The notes under the pieces: generated by a model
Told to the model about the DNA's origin: nothing
Databases searched by the model: none
What the model saw: only the letters and a program-made list of their open reading frames with translations
Origin: Chloroflexota bacterium
GTDB lineage: Bacteria; Chloroflexota; Limnocylindria; QHBO01
Assembly (NCBI GenBank): GCA_040877645.1
Contig: JBBDNI010000049.1
Coordinates: forward strand, 632-64,631
Direction: 5' to 3'
Length of the DNA: 64,000 nt
In this document: in pieces, positions 27,203-37,393 of the stretch
Numbering within the stretch: position 1 is the stretch's first letter
Layout: each line of letters begins with the position of its first letter
Program-made: the position numbers and the translations under genes

Positions 27203-28474
27203 CTAGAGCTCTCGCAGCGCGATGTCGCTTCGCGACTGGCTCCCCTCCAGCCGGCATCCGGCGACGCCGGCGGCGACAACGGCGCGGGCGCGCGCGAGGT
27301 CTGGACCGATCCCCACGAAGGTCACGACGCGGCCCCCCGTCGTCCGATACGCATGGCCCTGCCGGGCGGTGGCGGCATGGAAGCAGAGTAGCGGCCCTGC
27401 GTCGTCGCGGCCGGACGGCTCCGCCCCGGCCAGCGGAACCGATGGCGAGGCGGTGGTCGGGTATCCGGCGCTCGCCACCACCACCCCGACCGCCGCTTCG
27501 TGACGGAGCGCCAGCCCTCCGCTCATCCCGGAGCGGTTGCCGGTCGCGACCGCAAGGAGCATGCCGGCGAAATCGCCGTCGAGCAGGGGCAGCAGGACCT
27601 GTGCCTCCGGGTCGCCGAAACGCGCGTTGAACTCGAGCACCATCGGGCCGGCCTCGGTGAGCATCAGCCCGGCGTACAGCACGCCGCGGTACGGTGCCCC
27701 GTCACGCGCCATGCGCCAGGCGATCGGCTCGAAGATCGTCGCCACCGCCTCCTCGATCTGGGATTGGCCGAACCACGGAACCGGGGCGTACGCTCCCATC
27801 CCGCCGGTGTTCGGCCCCCGGTCGTCGTCGAGCAGCCGCTTGTAGTCGCAGGCCGCCGCCAGCGGGACGACCGCCTCGCCGCTGACCAGCGCGAAGACCG
27901 ATACCTCCCGACCCTCGAGCCGCTCCTCGAGCAGGACCCGCGCCCCGGTCTGTGCCCCGGCCAGCAGCTCCCGGACCGCGGCCTCAGCCGCGTCGTGATC
28001 GTCGGCCACCACCACGCCCTTGCCGGCCGCCAGGCCATCGGCCTTGACGACCGGGACCGACTCGCTGGCACGCACGTGCGCCACCGCCGCCTCGACCTCG
28101 TCGAAGCTGGCGCTCGGTGCGGTCGCAACGCCGGCCCGCAACAGCTGCTCCTTGGCGTAGACCTTGCTCGACTCGAGCCGTGCTGCCGCTCGCGACGGGC
28201 CGAAGACCGGGATCGAGGCGCGCTCGAGCGCGTCGGCCACGCCGGCCGCCAGCGGCGCCTCAGGCCCGATCACGACCAGGTCGTACCGCTCCCGGGCAGC
28301 GTGGCGCGCCACCGCGGCCGGATTCAGGCTGTCCAGGTCGGCGATGGTCGAGGCCACGGCCGGCGTGCCACCGTTGCCGGGGGCGATGCTGACCTCCCTG
28401 ACCGACTCGTCGCGGGAGAGTCGCCAGGCGAGCGCGTGCTCGCGGGCAGCGCCGCCAAGGACCAGGACCCGCAT
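27203..28474 (-). CDS. purD: Phosphoribosylamine--glycine ligase
   Basis: 423 aa with an ATP-grasp fold (MRVLVLGGAAREHALAWRL, VVKADGLAAGKGVVV). Confidence 0.9.
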   Translation of the reverse strand: MRVLVLGGAAREHALAWRLSRDESVREVSIAPGNGGTPAVASTIADLDSLNPAAVARHAARERYDLVVIGPEAPLAAGVADALERASIPVFGPSRAAARLESSKVYAKEQLLRAGVATAPSASFDEVEAAVAHVRASESVPVVKADGLAAGKGVVVADDHDAAEAAVRELLAGAQTGARVLLEERLEGREVSVFALVSGEAVVPLAAACDYKRLLDDDRGPNTGGMGAYAPVPWFGQSQIEEAVATIFEPIAWRMARDGAPYRGVLYAGLMLTEAGPMVLEFNARFGDPEAQVLLPLLDGDFAGMLLAVATGNRSGMSGGLALRHEAAVGVVVASAGYPTTASPSVPLAGAEPSGRDDAGPLLCFHAATARQGHAYRTTGGRVVTFVGIGPDLARARAVVAAGVAGCRLEGSQSRSDIALREL

Positions 28475-31420
28475 CTACCCCCCGGGCGACGGGGAGGGCG
28501 ACGGCACGGCACCGACTAGCTCGCCGAGGGCCTCGATGACGCGCGCCAGCTCGTCGATGCGCGCCTGGTAGGTCCCCAGGTCGCCGGCGGCCAGGGCGGC
28601 CTGGGCCGCGTCGTACAGGCGCTGCGCCTCGGTTACCAGCGAAGCGACGTCAGATGGCAGCTCACCACCACCGCCACCGCCACCCTCGGGCGGTGGAATC
28701 GAGGCCTCGCCGAGGAGCTGGCGGATCCCCTGTTCGATCGTCTCGGCGAAGGCGAGGCGGTTCTGGCTGGCCAGGATGACACGCTTGAACTCGGGGAATG
28801 ACGATTCAGTGGAGCGCAGGAAGATCGGCTCCACGTACAGGATCGAGTCGCCCATGGGCAAGACCAGCAGGTCGCCGCGCACGACGCTCGAGCCGGCCCG
28901 CGACCAGAGCGTGAACTGGGCGCTGATGGTCGAGTCCTGGTTGATGCGAGCCTGGATCTGCGCCGGTCCCAGCGTGGTCGAATCGGACGGGAAGCGGAAG
29001 CTGATCCGCTCGCCGTAGTGGCCCGGATCCATGCGGGCAGCGACCCAGCTGATCATGTTCGGCCGTGATGCAGCGACCAGCGGCTGGATCAGGATGAACT
29101 CAGGCTCGTCCTCGCCGGGCAGCTTCATGATCACGTAGTAGGGCTCGATCTGCCGTCCCTCCCCCTCGACATCGGTCTGCTGGCTCGGGAACGACCAGCG
29201 GTCCTCCTGCTTGTAGAGGGCCTCGGCGCCCTGCTCGTCGGCGTCGACGTGGTACAGCAGATAGGCCTCGTTCTGGGCGGTGAACAGGTCCTCGGGGTAG
29301 CGCAGGTGCGCCTGCAGCCCTGCCGGCATCGCTTCGAGTGGCTCGAGAAGCCCGGGGAAGATCCGGCTGTAGGCCTGGATGATCGGGTCGGAGGGATCGC
29401 TGATGAAGAAGCGGACCGATCCGTCGTAGGCGTCGATCACCACCTTGACCGAATTCCGCACGTAGTTCGCACCGGGGAAGATGTCGGCCAGCGGCTGGGC
29501 GTTGGGATACCGATCGGTGGTGGTGTAAGCGTCCCACATCCAGACCAGGCGCCCCTCGGCGCTGACCAGGTATGGGTCGCGGTCGTAGGCGAGGAAGGGC
29601 GCCAGCTCGGCGAGCCGTTCGTCGATCTGCCGGCGGAAGAGGATCTGCGACTCAGAGGTGAGCTGGTTGCTGATCAGCAGGTTGAGGTCGCCGAAGCGGA
29701 GCGCGAAGAGGAATCGGCTGATCGGGTTCCCAACCGACACGCCGGTCGTCCCGTCCCAGGTGGTCGTCTCGCCCCCCTGGTCGCCGAGGGGGTAGTCGAA
29801 CTCGTCGGTATCGGTCCCCACCACCACGTACGACGAGGCCGCCTCGCCGAAGTACAGCCGCGGCTCGCCCACCGGCAGCTTGGGCTCCTGGTTGATGCCG
29901 CTGACCAGGTAGTCGGGCTGGCCTTCGGGTGTCACACCGTTGACCGGCACCGCCGTGATCCCGTAGCCGTGCGTGTAGACCAGCCGCTCACTCGTCCAGG
30001 TGCGCGCGTTCTCGGGCAGATCACCGATCTCGCGCCCCGACAGCATGATCTGGCGCGGCTCGCCATCGACCAGGTAGCGGTCGATGTCGACGTCCAGGAA
30101 TTGGTAATACTGCCGCAGGATCTGCTGCTGCCCGAAGGTGGTCAGGAGCGGGCGGTAGTCCCACAGCCGCATGTTGTCCAGGGTGGCCTGGTTGGCGTCG
30201 ATCAGCGAGCGTCCCAGCGCCTGCTCTCCGGTGAAGGGCCGCACGTCGATCGCATCCAGCCCATACGCCGCGCGGGTGGCGCCGATGTGGTCGGCGATGT
30301 ACGGCCGCTCGAGCGCCAGCTCGTTCGGCTCCACGTTGAAGCGCTGGACGATCCCCGGGTAGACGCCGCCCACCAGGACCGACACGACGATCCAGGCCCC
30401 GCCGGCCAGCGCGATGGCCCACAGCGTCTTGAACCAGATGTTGGCCAACAGCAGCACCGCGGACGCGAGCGCCACGACGGTCAGGATCGCGTAGGCCGGC
30501 ACCTGCGCATGCACGTCGGTGTAGGTGGCGGCCTGGATCGTGCCGGTGATCCCGCGGGTCGAATAGACCAGCTCGGCGCTGTCGAACTGGTAGCCGGCCG
30601 CGATCGCCACCAGCAGCAGCGCGCCGAGGGTCGACAGGTGCGCGCGCACCGGGGCGCTCAGCCGGAACTGCCAGCGCAGCGCACCGGCGGCGTAGGCGCC
30701 CAGGCTGAGCAGGATGACGACGAAGAGGGTCACCACCGACCAGCCCTGCGCGAAGCGCCAGAAGGGCAGGTCGAAGACGTAGAAGCCGATGTCGCGGTTG
30801 AAGGTGGGGTCGGTCGATCCGAAGGGGCCGCCATTCACGAACAGCAGGACCGTCTGCCAACTTGCGCTCCAGGCGGCGCCCGAGATCAGCGCCAGGACGA
30901 GCACCACGCCCGCCAGGACGAGCGTCACCACGCGGCTCACATCCGGCAGTTCGAGCGTTCCGATCCTGCGGATGGGGACCTGCGGCGCGATCCGCCGAGC
31001 CAGCCAGATGCTGGCCAGCGCAGGCAGCGCGAAGGCAATGAAACCGATGAGGAAGAGCGCGACCTGGGCCCACAGCCGCGTGGTCAGGACGTTCTGCCGG
31101 CCAAGCGCGTCGTACCACATCAGGTCGGTCAGGAGGTCGACGATGCCGCCCAGCAGGCCGAACAGGAAGAGCGCCACCACGATGGCGCCGACGATCAGCC
31201 CCCAGCGCGGCTGGCGGCCGGTGCCGTCCGGCCGCAGGACGCGAGGACGACGGGGACCTTCAGGCTCGCCGTTGTCGCGCGACTCGTCATGGGGCGCCCC
31301 ATTCCCGTCACCGTTCACGCGGCGAGGGCGAGGCGGAACGGGGCGCCCTTCGCGGCGGGCGTCCTCATCTGCCTGCCGGCGTTGCAGTTCTTCCAGCAGC
31401 TTGTCAAACCAGCTCGACAT
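28475..31420 (-). CDS. UPF0182 family large membrane protein (981 aa)
   Basis: An N-terminal cluster of about 7 TM helices is followed by a large, probably extracytoplasmic domain. The size and architecture are typical of actinobacterial UPF0182 proteins. Its stop is directly adjacent to the purD start. Confidence 0.7.
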   Translation of the reverse strand: MSSWFDKLLEELQRRQADEDARREGRPVPPRPRRVNGDGNGAPHDESRDNGEPEGPRRPRVLRPDGTGRQPRWGLIVGAIVVALFLFGLLGGIVDLLTDLMWYDALGRQNVLTTRLWAQVALFLIGFIAFALPALASIWLARRIAPQVPIRRIGTLELPDVSRVVTLVLAGVVLVLALISGAAWSASWQTVLLFVNGGPFGSTDPTFNRDIGFYVFDLPFWRFAQGWSVVTLFVVILLSLGAYAAGALRWQFRLSAPVRAHLSTLGALLLVAIAAGYQFDSAELVYSTRGITGTIQAATYTDVHAQVPAYAILTVVALASAVLLLANIWFKTLWAIALAGGAWIVVSVLVGGVYPGIVQRFNVEPNELALERPYIADHIGATRAAYGLDAIDVRPFTGEQALGRSLIDANQATLDNMRLWDYRPLLTTFGQQQILRQYYQFLDVDIDRYLVDGEPRQIMLSGREIGDLPENARTWTSERLVYTHGYGITAVPVNGVTPEGQPDYLVSGINQEPKLPVGEPRLYFGEAASSYVVVGTDTDEFDYPLGDQGGETTTWDGTTGVSVGNPISRFLFALRFGDLNLLISNQLTSESQILFRRQIDERLAELAPFLAYDRDPYLVSAEGRLVWMWDAYTTTDRYPNAQPLADIFPGANYVRNSVKVVIDAYDGSVRFFISDPSDPIIQAYSRIFPGLLEPLEAMPAGLQAHLRYPEDLFTAQNEAYLLYHVDADEQGAEALYKQEDRWSFPSQQTDVEGEGRQIEPYYVIMKLPGEDEPEFILIQPLVAASRPNMISWVAARMDPGHYGERISFRFPSDSTTLGPAQIQARINQDSTISAQFTLWSRAGSSVVRGDLLVLPMGDSILYVEPIFLRSTESSFPEFKRVILASQNRLAFAETIEQGIRQLLGEASIPPPEGGGGGGGELPSDVASLVTEAQRLYDAAQAALAAGDLGTYQARIDELARVIEALGELVGAVPSPSPSPGG

Positions 31421-31444
31421 CGCTGCAATCCTATCCGGGATCGG

Positions 31445-33175
31445 CTACTCCCACTCGATCGTGGCGGGAGGCTTGGAGCTGATGTCGTAGACGACCCGGT
31501 TCACGCCGCGCACTTCGTTCACGATCCGGGACGAGATGCGGGCCAGCAGGTCGTAGGGAAGGCGCGCCCAATCGGCGGTCATGCCGTCCTCCGAGGTCAC
31601 AGAGCGCACCGCCACCACGTTGGCGTAGGTCCGGAAGTCGCCCATCACGCCGACCGACAGCACCGGCGTCAGGATCGCGAATGACTGCCACAGGGACCGA
31701 TATAGCCCGGCGGCCTTGATCTCGTCGATCACGATCCAGTCCGCCTCGCGCAGCGTCTCAAGGCGATCGGCCGTCACCTCGCCGATGATCCGGATCGCAA
31801 GCCCGGGGCCGGGGAACGGCTGGCGCAGCACCATTGCCTCCGGCAACCCGAGCTCGACCCCGACGTTGCGCACCTCGTCCTTGAACAGGTAGCGCAGCGG
31901 CTCGATCAGGCTGAAGCGCAGGTCGGCCGGCAGGCCGCCGACGTTGTGATGGGTCTTGATCTTGGCCGCCGCCTTGGTCTCGGCGGTCTTCGACTCGATG
32001 ACATCGGGATACAGGGTGCCCTGGGTCAGGAAGTCGATCTGCCCCAGCCTGGCCGCCTCCTCCTCGAAGACCCGGATGAACTCGTCACCGATGATGCGGC
32101 GCTTCTCCTCCGGATCCTCGATCCCGGTGAGGCGGAGGAGGAATCGGTCCCGGGCGTCGACCATCACCAGTCGCATGCCCAGGTTCTCGGCGAAGGTGGC
32201 GCGCAGCAGCTCCGACTCGCGCTTGCGCATCAGGCCATGGTCGACATAGATGCAGGTCAGCTGATCGCCAATGGCCCGATGCACCAGCGTCGCCGCCACC
32301 GCCGAATCGACCCCGCCCGACAGGGCGCAGATCACCTTTCCGTCCCCGACGCGCTCCCGGATCTCGGCGATCGTGGACTCGACGAAGCCGGCCGGCGTCC
32401 AGGTCGGGCTGGCGCCGGCGATCTCGACCACGAAGTTGCGCAGGATCTCGCGACCCGCGGGGGTATGAACCACCTCGGGATGGAACTGGATCCCGTACAG
32501 GCCGCGCGCCGGGTCGGCGAGCCCCGCGTAGGCGCTCGACTCGCTCCGTGCGGTCGGCTCGAACCCGGTTGGTGGGCGGACGATCTGGTCGCCGTGGCTC
32601 ATCCACACGGGCTGGACGCGCTCGAGGCCGCGGAACAGCCCATCCTCGGTCGTGATCTCCAGCGATGCGGGCCCGTACTCCCGCATGGCGCTCGGTGCCA
32701 CCTCCCCGCCGAGCTGCTGGGCCATCAGCTGCACGCCGTAGCAGATACCCAGCACCGGGACACCGGCGGCCCAGATCGCCGGATCGGGGTGCGGCGCGCC
32801 CTCGTCATAGACCGATGCAGGGCCCCCGGACAGGATCACGGCCTTCGGCCGCCGCAGCATGATCTCGCTCCACGGCGTGTCGTGCGGCAGCAGGACGGAG
32901 TACACGTTCAGCTCCCGCACGCGCCGCGCGATCAGCTGGGCGAACTGGCTGCCGAAGTCCAGGATGACGACGGTATCGGGCTCGGTTGGCGCTGCGGCGT
33001 CGGTGCGAGTCGGCGGTGGCGCATGGAGCGCCTGCTCCAGGTAGGCCTCGACCTCGGCGTCGTCGGGGGCCAGGACTCGGTGGCCCGCGTTGGCCGGCTC
33101 ACCGTGCACCGTGCGGCCACGTTGGCTGCCCGGTGGCTGTGCCACCTCCTTGGGCGGCGTGTCAGCCTCGCTCAA
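31445..33175 (-). CDS. guaA: GMP synthase (glutamine-hydrolysing)
   Basis: GATase domain ([25 protein letters not shown]), ATP-PPase motif SGGVDSAV and a C-terminal dimerisation domain. The track ORF carries a 65-aa N-terminal extension that may not be translated. Confidence 0.9.
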   Translation of the reverse strand: MSEADTPPKEVAQPPGSQRGRTVHGEPANAGHRVLAPDDAEVEAYLEQALHAPPPTRTDAAAPTEPDTVVILDFGSQFAQLIARRVRELNVYSVLLPHDTPWSEIMLRRPKAVILSGGPASVYDEGAPHPDPAIWAAGVPVLGICYGVQLMAQQLGGEVAPSAMREYGPASLEITTEDGLFRGLERVQPVWMSHGDQIVRPPTGFEPTARSESSAYAGLADPARGLYGIQFHPEVVHTPAGREILRNFVVEIAGASPTWTPAGFVESTIAEIRERVGDGKVICALSGGVDSAVAATLVHRAIGDQLTCIYVDHGLMRKRESELLRATFAENLGMRLVMVDARDRFLLRLTGIEDPEEKRRIIGDEFIRVFEEEAARLGQIDFLTQGTLYPDVIESKTAETKAAAKIKTHHNVGGLPADLRFSLIEPLRYLFKDEVRNVGVELGLPEAMVLRQPFPGPGLAIRIIGEVTADRLETLREADWIVIDEIKAAGLYRSLWQSFAILTPVLSVGVMGDFRTYANVVAVRSVTSEDGMTADWARLPYDLLARISSRIVNEVRGVNRVVYDISSKPPATIEWE

Positions 33176-33181
33176 CCTGAC

Positions 33182-33721
33182 TCAGCTTGCGAGCGCCGCT
33201 TCGGCGATGGCGGATGCGGCATCCAGCAGGGCGGCGGCATCTGCTCCGTCGCTGGCGTTGATGCTGACCGTCACGCCCCGACCGTCGGCCCACGCCGCAA
33301 CGGAGACACCGGCGAGGCCCATGATCGAGCTCGCGCGCTGGAACGCGACCTCGCCGACCCCGCTAAGCGGCTGGTCCATGAGGAGCCTGGCTGCCAGCGC
33401 CTCGAGGTCCTCGCGGGTCATCTCGTTCAGCTGGGTCTCGACGTTGAAGTTGGCGTCGGCGGCCAGGGCGTAGTGGCAATAGATGCCGGCCGGGCGCGGC
33501 AGGACGTCGCCAAACGACGGCTCGGCCACGTCCCCGCCAAGGGCCGCCACGGCGAGCTCCTCGCTGACGGCATCGCACAGGTTGCTCGGCAGGCCACCGC
33601 CTCCGGTGCCCGCTCCCGGACCGGTGCTCTCGGTGGACCCTCCCGTGCTCTCCCCCGGACTGCCCGGCGAGCTGCACGCGGCCAACAGCAGCACGGCGAT
33701 CACGGCGAGGCGAGCGATCAT
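33182..33721 (-). CDS. Hypothetical lipoprotein (about 180 aa)
   Basis: The signal peptide MIARLAVIAVLLLAACSS carries a lipobox. GAGGAG lies 10 nt upstream of the ATG. No recognisable domain. Confidence 0.5.
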   Translation of the reverse strand: MIARLAVIAVLLLAACSSPGSPGESTGGSTESTGPGAGTGGGGLPSNLCDAVSEELAVAALGGDVAEPSFGDVLPRPAGIYCHYALAADANFNVETQLNEMTREDLEALAARLLMDQPLSGVGEVAFQRASSIMGLAGVSVAAWADGRGVTVSINASDGADAAALLDAASAIAEAALAS

Positions 33722-33737
33722 TCGGACACGTCTCCTC

Positions 33738-34982
33738 TCATCGGGCATCCTCGCTCCCGGCCAGCTGCCAGGACTTGCCCTCGGTGGCGATCGATGGGGC
33801 GATGACCATCTCGACGCCATGCATCTCGCGGATGGTGCTGGCGCCGAGTGCGGCCATCGACTGGCGCAGCGCGCCGACGAGGTTCTGCGTGCCGTGGGTG
33901 GTATGTGCCGGACCGAACAGGATCTGCTCCAGGGGAAGTCGCTCCCCGACCCGGATCCGCGTCCCGCGCGGCAGGGTCGCGGACGGCGCGGCCATTCCCC
34001 AGTTGACCCCCAGACCCGGCGCCTCGATCGCCGCAGCGAACGGAGAGCCGAGCATCACCGCATCGGCCCCCGACGCAATCGCCTTGGCGATGTCGCCACC
34101 GGTCTTCATGCCGCCGTCGGTGACGATTGGCACGTAGCGACCGGTCTCCGCAGCAAAGCGGTCGCGTGCGGCCGCGACCTCGAGCGTGGCGCTGACCTGC
34201 GGCACACCGATCCCCAGCACCTCGCGGGTCGTGCACGCAGCGCCTGGTCCGACACCGACCAGGATGCCGGCCGCGCCCTGCTGCATGAGCTGGTAAGCAG
34301 CGTCGCCGCTGACCGTGTTGCCGACCAGGACGGGCATCTTCAGCGCCCCGGTCAGGTCCGCCAGGGAGAGCACGCGGCCACCGGTCGAGATGTGCCGAGC
34401 GCTCGAGACCTGGGATTGGACCAGCAGCAGGTCCGCGCCCGCTGCTGCTGCGAGCTCCGCGTGCTGCCACGCCGACGCCGGGGTGGTCGCCACACCGGCG
34501 ATCCCGCCCTGGGCCTTGATGCGAGCGATGACCGAGCTGATCAGGTCTTCCTGAATCGGCGCCGCGTAGGCGTCGGCCAGGACCTCGGCAGCCTCGCGCG
34601 CGGTGGGTGCGGCAGCGACCCGCTCGATGACCGGCGCGGCGTCCGGGTACCTGGTGTACAGCCCCTCGAGGTTGACGAAGGCAAGTCCGCCGTGCCGGCT
34701 CATGTGCACGGCGAAGTCGGGGTCGGAGACGGCATCCATCGCTGCGGCGATGAAGGGGATCTCGAGTCGAATGCCGCCGATCTCGCTCGCCAGCTCGACC
34801 TCGGCGGGGTCGATCGTCACCGCCCCGGGGACCAGCGCGACCTCGTCGAAGCCGTATGCACGTCGCAGGCGCGTCGCGGCGGCGTCAGGAGCGAGAGTCG
34901 ACGGGTCGATCAACGACGGCCTCCGCGGAATGTCGAGCGAGTATAGGCGCGGCCGCTCATGGGATCCGCCACCGGATTGCAT
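33738..34982 (-). CDS. IMP dehydrogenase family protein lacking the CBS subdomain (GuaB3-like)
   Basis: TIM-barrel IMPDH/GMPR family (GIRLEIPFIAAAMDAVSDPDFAVHMSRHGGLAFVNLEG, GSP..., GGIAG). The start is uncertain (an ATG at 34982 is chosen). Confidence 0.7.
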   Translation of the reverse strand: MQSGGGSHERPRLYSLDIPRRPSLIDPSTLAPDAAATRLRRAYGFDEVALVPGAVTIDPAEVELASEIGGIRLEIPFIAAAMDAVSDPDFAVHMSRHGGLAFVNLEGLYTRYPDAAPVIERVAAAPTAREAAEVLADAYAAPIQEDLISSVIARIKAQGGIAGVATTPASAWQHAELAAAAGADLLLVQSQVSSARHISTGGRVLSLADLTGALKMPVLVGNTVSGDAAYQLMQQGAAGILVGVGPGAACTTREVLGIGVPQVSATLEVAAARDRFAAETGRYVPIVTDGGMKTGGDIAKAIASGADAVMLGSPFAAAIEAPGLGVNWGMAAPSATLPRGTRIRVGERLPLEQILFGPAHTTHGTQNLVGALRQSMAALGASTIREMHGVEMVIAPSIATEGKSWQLAGSEDAR

Positions 34983-35514
34983 CGAGGAAGCCAAGGAAGG
35001 CGGCGCGCGTCCCATCGCTGGGGTCGCGGGAACAGGCCATCAGCACGTCCACCCGCTGCGGCGTGACGGACACGTGCCAGGCTGATATCTCGGTGGAGCC
35101 GATATCCGGGCATCCGGCGTCCATCGGGGCGTTGACTCCCTGCCGGTTGCCGATGGTGATGAGTCGCCCCGGCGGCAGGTCGCATCCCCGGGCGACACAC
35201 GACCTGACCACCCAGGTGACGAGCATCGCTCCCGGACGGAGCCCCCCATCGATCGGAGGGGAGCAGGTGACCCCGGTCGCCTCCTCCGCGCAATCATCCC
35301 GCAGCTCCTGGTTGGCGAGGTACACGACGCGTCGCGAGGCGCCAAACGAGACTTCCGTCGAGGAGCGCACCTGCCAGCCGGTCGGCGCCACGAAGCGGAA
35401 GTCGTCACGCTCAAAGGAGGCTCCGCCGGGAACCGGATGCGGACTGGTGGATCCGCAGCTCGCGAGCAGCGCCACGCAGACCAGGACACGCGCTGCCCCA
35501 AGTGCGACGCTCAT
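34957..35514 (-). CDS. Hypothetical lipoprotein (185 aa)
   Basis: MSVALGAARVLVCVALLASCGS lipobox signal. No recognisable domain. Confidence 0.5.
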   Translation of the reverse strand: MSVALGAARVLVCVALLASCGSTSPHPVPGGASFERDDFRFVAPTGWQVRSSTEVSFGASRRVVYLANQELRDDCAEEATGVTCSPPIDGGLRPGAMLVTWVVRSCVARGCDLPPGRLITIGNRQGVNAPMDAGCPDIGSTEISAWHVSVTPQRVDVLMACSRDPSDGTRAAFLGFLDAIRWRIP

Positions 35515-35521
35515 CCCATCC

Positions 35522-36844
35522 TCAGCCAGTCGCGCGCACGATCATCTGGTCGCGCTCCGGTCCGACCGAGATGAGCCCAATCGGAGCCCCGGCCAGCGCC
35601 TCGAGCCGCTCGACGTAGGCGCGTGCGGGCGGTGGCAGGTCGTCCCAGTCGCGGCAGCCGGTCGTATCGGTCGCCCAGGCGGCGAGCTCCTCGTAGATGG
35701 GCTCCAGCCGTTCAAAGACCGATGTCGAGGCGGGCACCGTCGTCAGCTCCTGGCCGGTGGCCGGGTCCCGGTATGCCGTGCAGACCCTGATCCGCTCGAG
35801 CCCGTCGAGCACGTCGAGCTTGGTCAGCGCGATGCTCGAGTAGCCGGCCAGCCGAACGCTGAATCGGACCGCCACCGCGTCATACCACCCGCAGCGACGG
35901 GCCCGGCCGGTGGACGTGCCGTACTCGATGCCACGCTCGCGAAGTGCTTCGCCGTCGGCGTCGAGCAGCTCGGTCGGCAGCGGGCCGGAGCCGACCGCGG
36001 TGGTGTAGGCCTTGGCCACGCCGATCACGCGGTCGATCGCCACTGCCGGCAGCCCGGCACCGATCGACGCGCCGCCGGGGATCGGGGACGACGAGGTGAC
36101 GTAGGGATAGGTCCCCCAGTCGATGTCGCGCATGGTGCCAAGCTGCCCCTCGAGCAGGATCCGCTCGCCGATTGACATGGCCGCATCGACCAGCGACTGG
36201 CCGTCGACCACGTGGCGACGCAACCGCTCGGCCGCCGCGAGGTAGTCGTCCGCGATCCTCGCCTCATCGGTCGCCTCGTCGATCGCCGAGTGCAGCTCGT
36301 CATCCTCGCCGCCCGCGGCGAAGTAGCCCGCCACCAGGCGTCGAACCCGGTCCAGGGCGGACTGGAGCTGCGCTCGGAAGGCATCGGGCTCCATCAGATC
36401 GACCACGCGGATTCCTCGCCGCGCCACCTTGTCGACATAGGCCGGACCGATGCCACGGCTGGTGGTGCCGAGCCGGGCGTCGCCGCGCTCGCGCTCCTCG
36501 AGCTGGTCGAGCAGGACGTGGTAGGGCATCACCAGGTGGGCGCGGTCGCTGATGAACAGGTTGGCGCAGTCGAAGCCCGCGCCGGTCAGGCCATCCAGCT
36601 CGCGGACCAGGGCAGGGGGGTTGATCACCACGCCGTTCCCCAGCAGGTTGCGCGTTGCCGGATAGAAGATCCCCGACGGGATCAGGTGCAGCTTGAAGTG
36701 GCCGTGCGGGTTGACCACCGTGTGGCCGGCGTTGTTGCCGCCGCCGTAACGGATCACCAGGTCGGCATCCGCAGCGAGGTAGTCGACCACTCTGCCCTTC
36801 CCCTCGTCGCCCCACTGGGCTCCGACGACGGCGATCACGGACAT
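35522..36844 (-). CDS. purA: Adenylosuccinate synthetase
   Basis: 440 aa with a P-loop (VVGAQWGDEGKGRVVDYL) and GTP-binding motifs. Confidence 0.9.
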   Translation of the reverse strand: MSVIAVVGAQWGDEGKGRVVDYLAADADLVIRYGGGNNAGHTVVNPHGHFKLHLIPSGIFYPATRNLLGNGVVINPPALVRELDGLTGAGFDCANLFISDRAHLVMPYHVLLDQLEERERGDARLGTTSRGIGPAYVDKVARRGIRVVDLMEPDAFRAQLQSALDRVRRLVAGYFAAGGEDDELHSAIDEATDEARIADDYLAAAERLRRHVVDGQSLVDAAMSIGERILLEGQLGTMRDIDWGTYPYVTSSSPIPGGASIGAGLPAVAIDRVIGVAKAYTTAVGSGPLPTELLDADGEALRERGIEYGTSTGRARRCGWYDAVAVRFSVRLAGYSSIALTKLDVLDGLERIRVCTAYRDPATGQELTTVPASTSVFERLEPIYEELAAWATDTTGCRDWDDLPPPARAYVERLEALAGAPIGLISVGPERDQMIVRATG

Positions 36845-36997
36845 GGGCGGGCGCTGACCTCGGGCTGGGGGCGGATGAGCGTCACGCGGGACCGGGGCAT
36901 CCTAGCGCGCCGGCAGTTGCAGACGCCCGGAGACGCGACGAGCGCCGCTCCCGTGGCGGCGCCCGTGATGCGATTGATGGACCGATGCGGAGATCGG

Positions 36998-37327
36998 TCA
37001 GGTGCGCATGGCGCGCACCTTGTCGAAGCAGCTGCTGCAATAGACGGGTCGGTCGTTGCGCGGCAGGAAGGGCACGAGTGCCTGTCCACCGCACTCGGCG
37101 CAGACCGCGGCGTGCATCTCGCGCTGGCCGCCCGATCCACCGGTGGAGCTGATCCCCAGCGCCCGATTCTGCTTGGCCACCGCCCGGCAGCTCGGACAGC
37201 GCTGTGGCTCGTTGACCAGTCCCTTCTCCGCGTAGAACTGCTGCTCCCCGGCGGAGAAGACGAAGTCCATGCCGCAATCGCGGCAGCTGATCGTCTTGTC
37301 GGCGTACACCCTGCCCCTGCCCTCCAT
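36998..37327 (-). CDS. Duplicated zinc-ribbon (CxxC-x17-CxxC, zf-trcl-like) small protein
   Basis: 109 aa with two repeats: CRDCGMDFVFSAGEQQFYAEKGLVNEPQRCPSCR and CAECGG...PVYCSSCF. Confidence 0.6.
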   Translation of the reverse strand: MEGRGRVYADKTISCRDCGMDFVFSAGEQQFYAEKGLVNEPQRCPSCRAVAKQNRALGISSTGGSGGQREMHAAVCAECGGQALVPFLPRNDRPVYCSSCFDKVRAMRT

Positions 37328-37393
37328 CGTCGAACGTTAAGCCCGACGTTTCCGCGGCCGACTATACACACGGCTTCGCGGCCTGCCTAGAGG

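Noticed and set aside
36998-37020. A GGTGCGC/GCGCACC hairpin, considered as an intrinsic terminator.
   Set aside because: It lies inside the CDS, ending at the stop codon, and has no U-tract. It is mentioned only as a possible 3' stabiliser.
37325-37345. TCGAACGTTAAG upstream of the zf gene, examined as a LexA half-site or Cheo box.
   Set aside because: It contains GAAC but no GTTC partner at N4 spacing. It is only an AACGTT palindrome.
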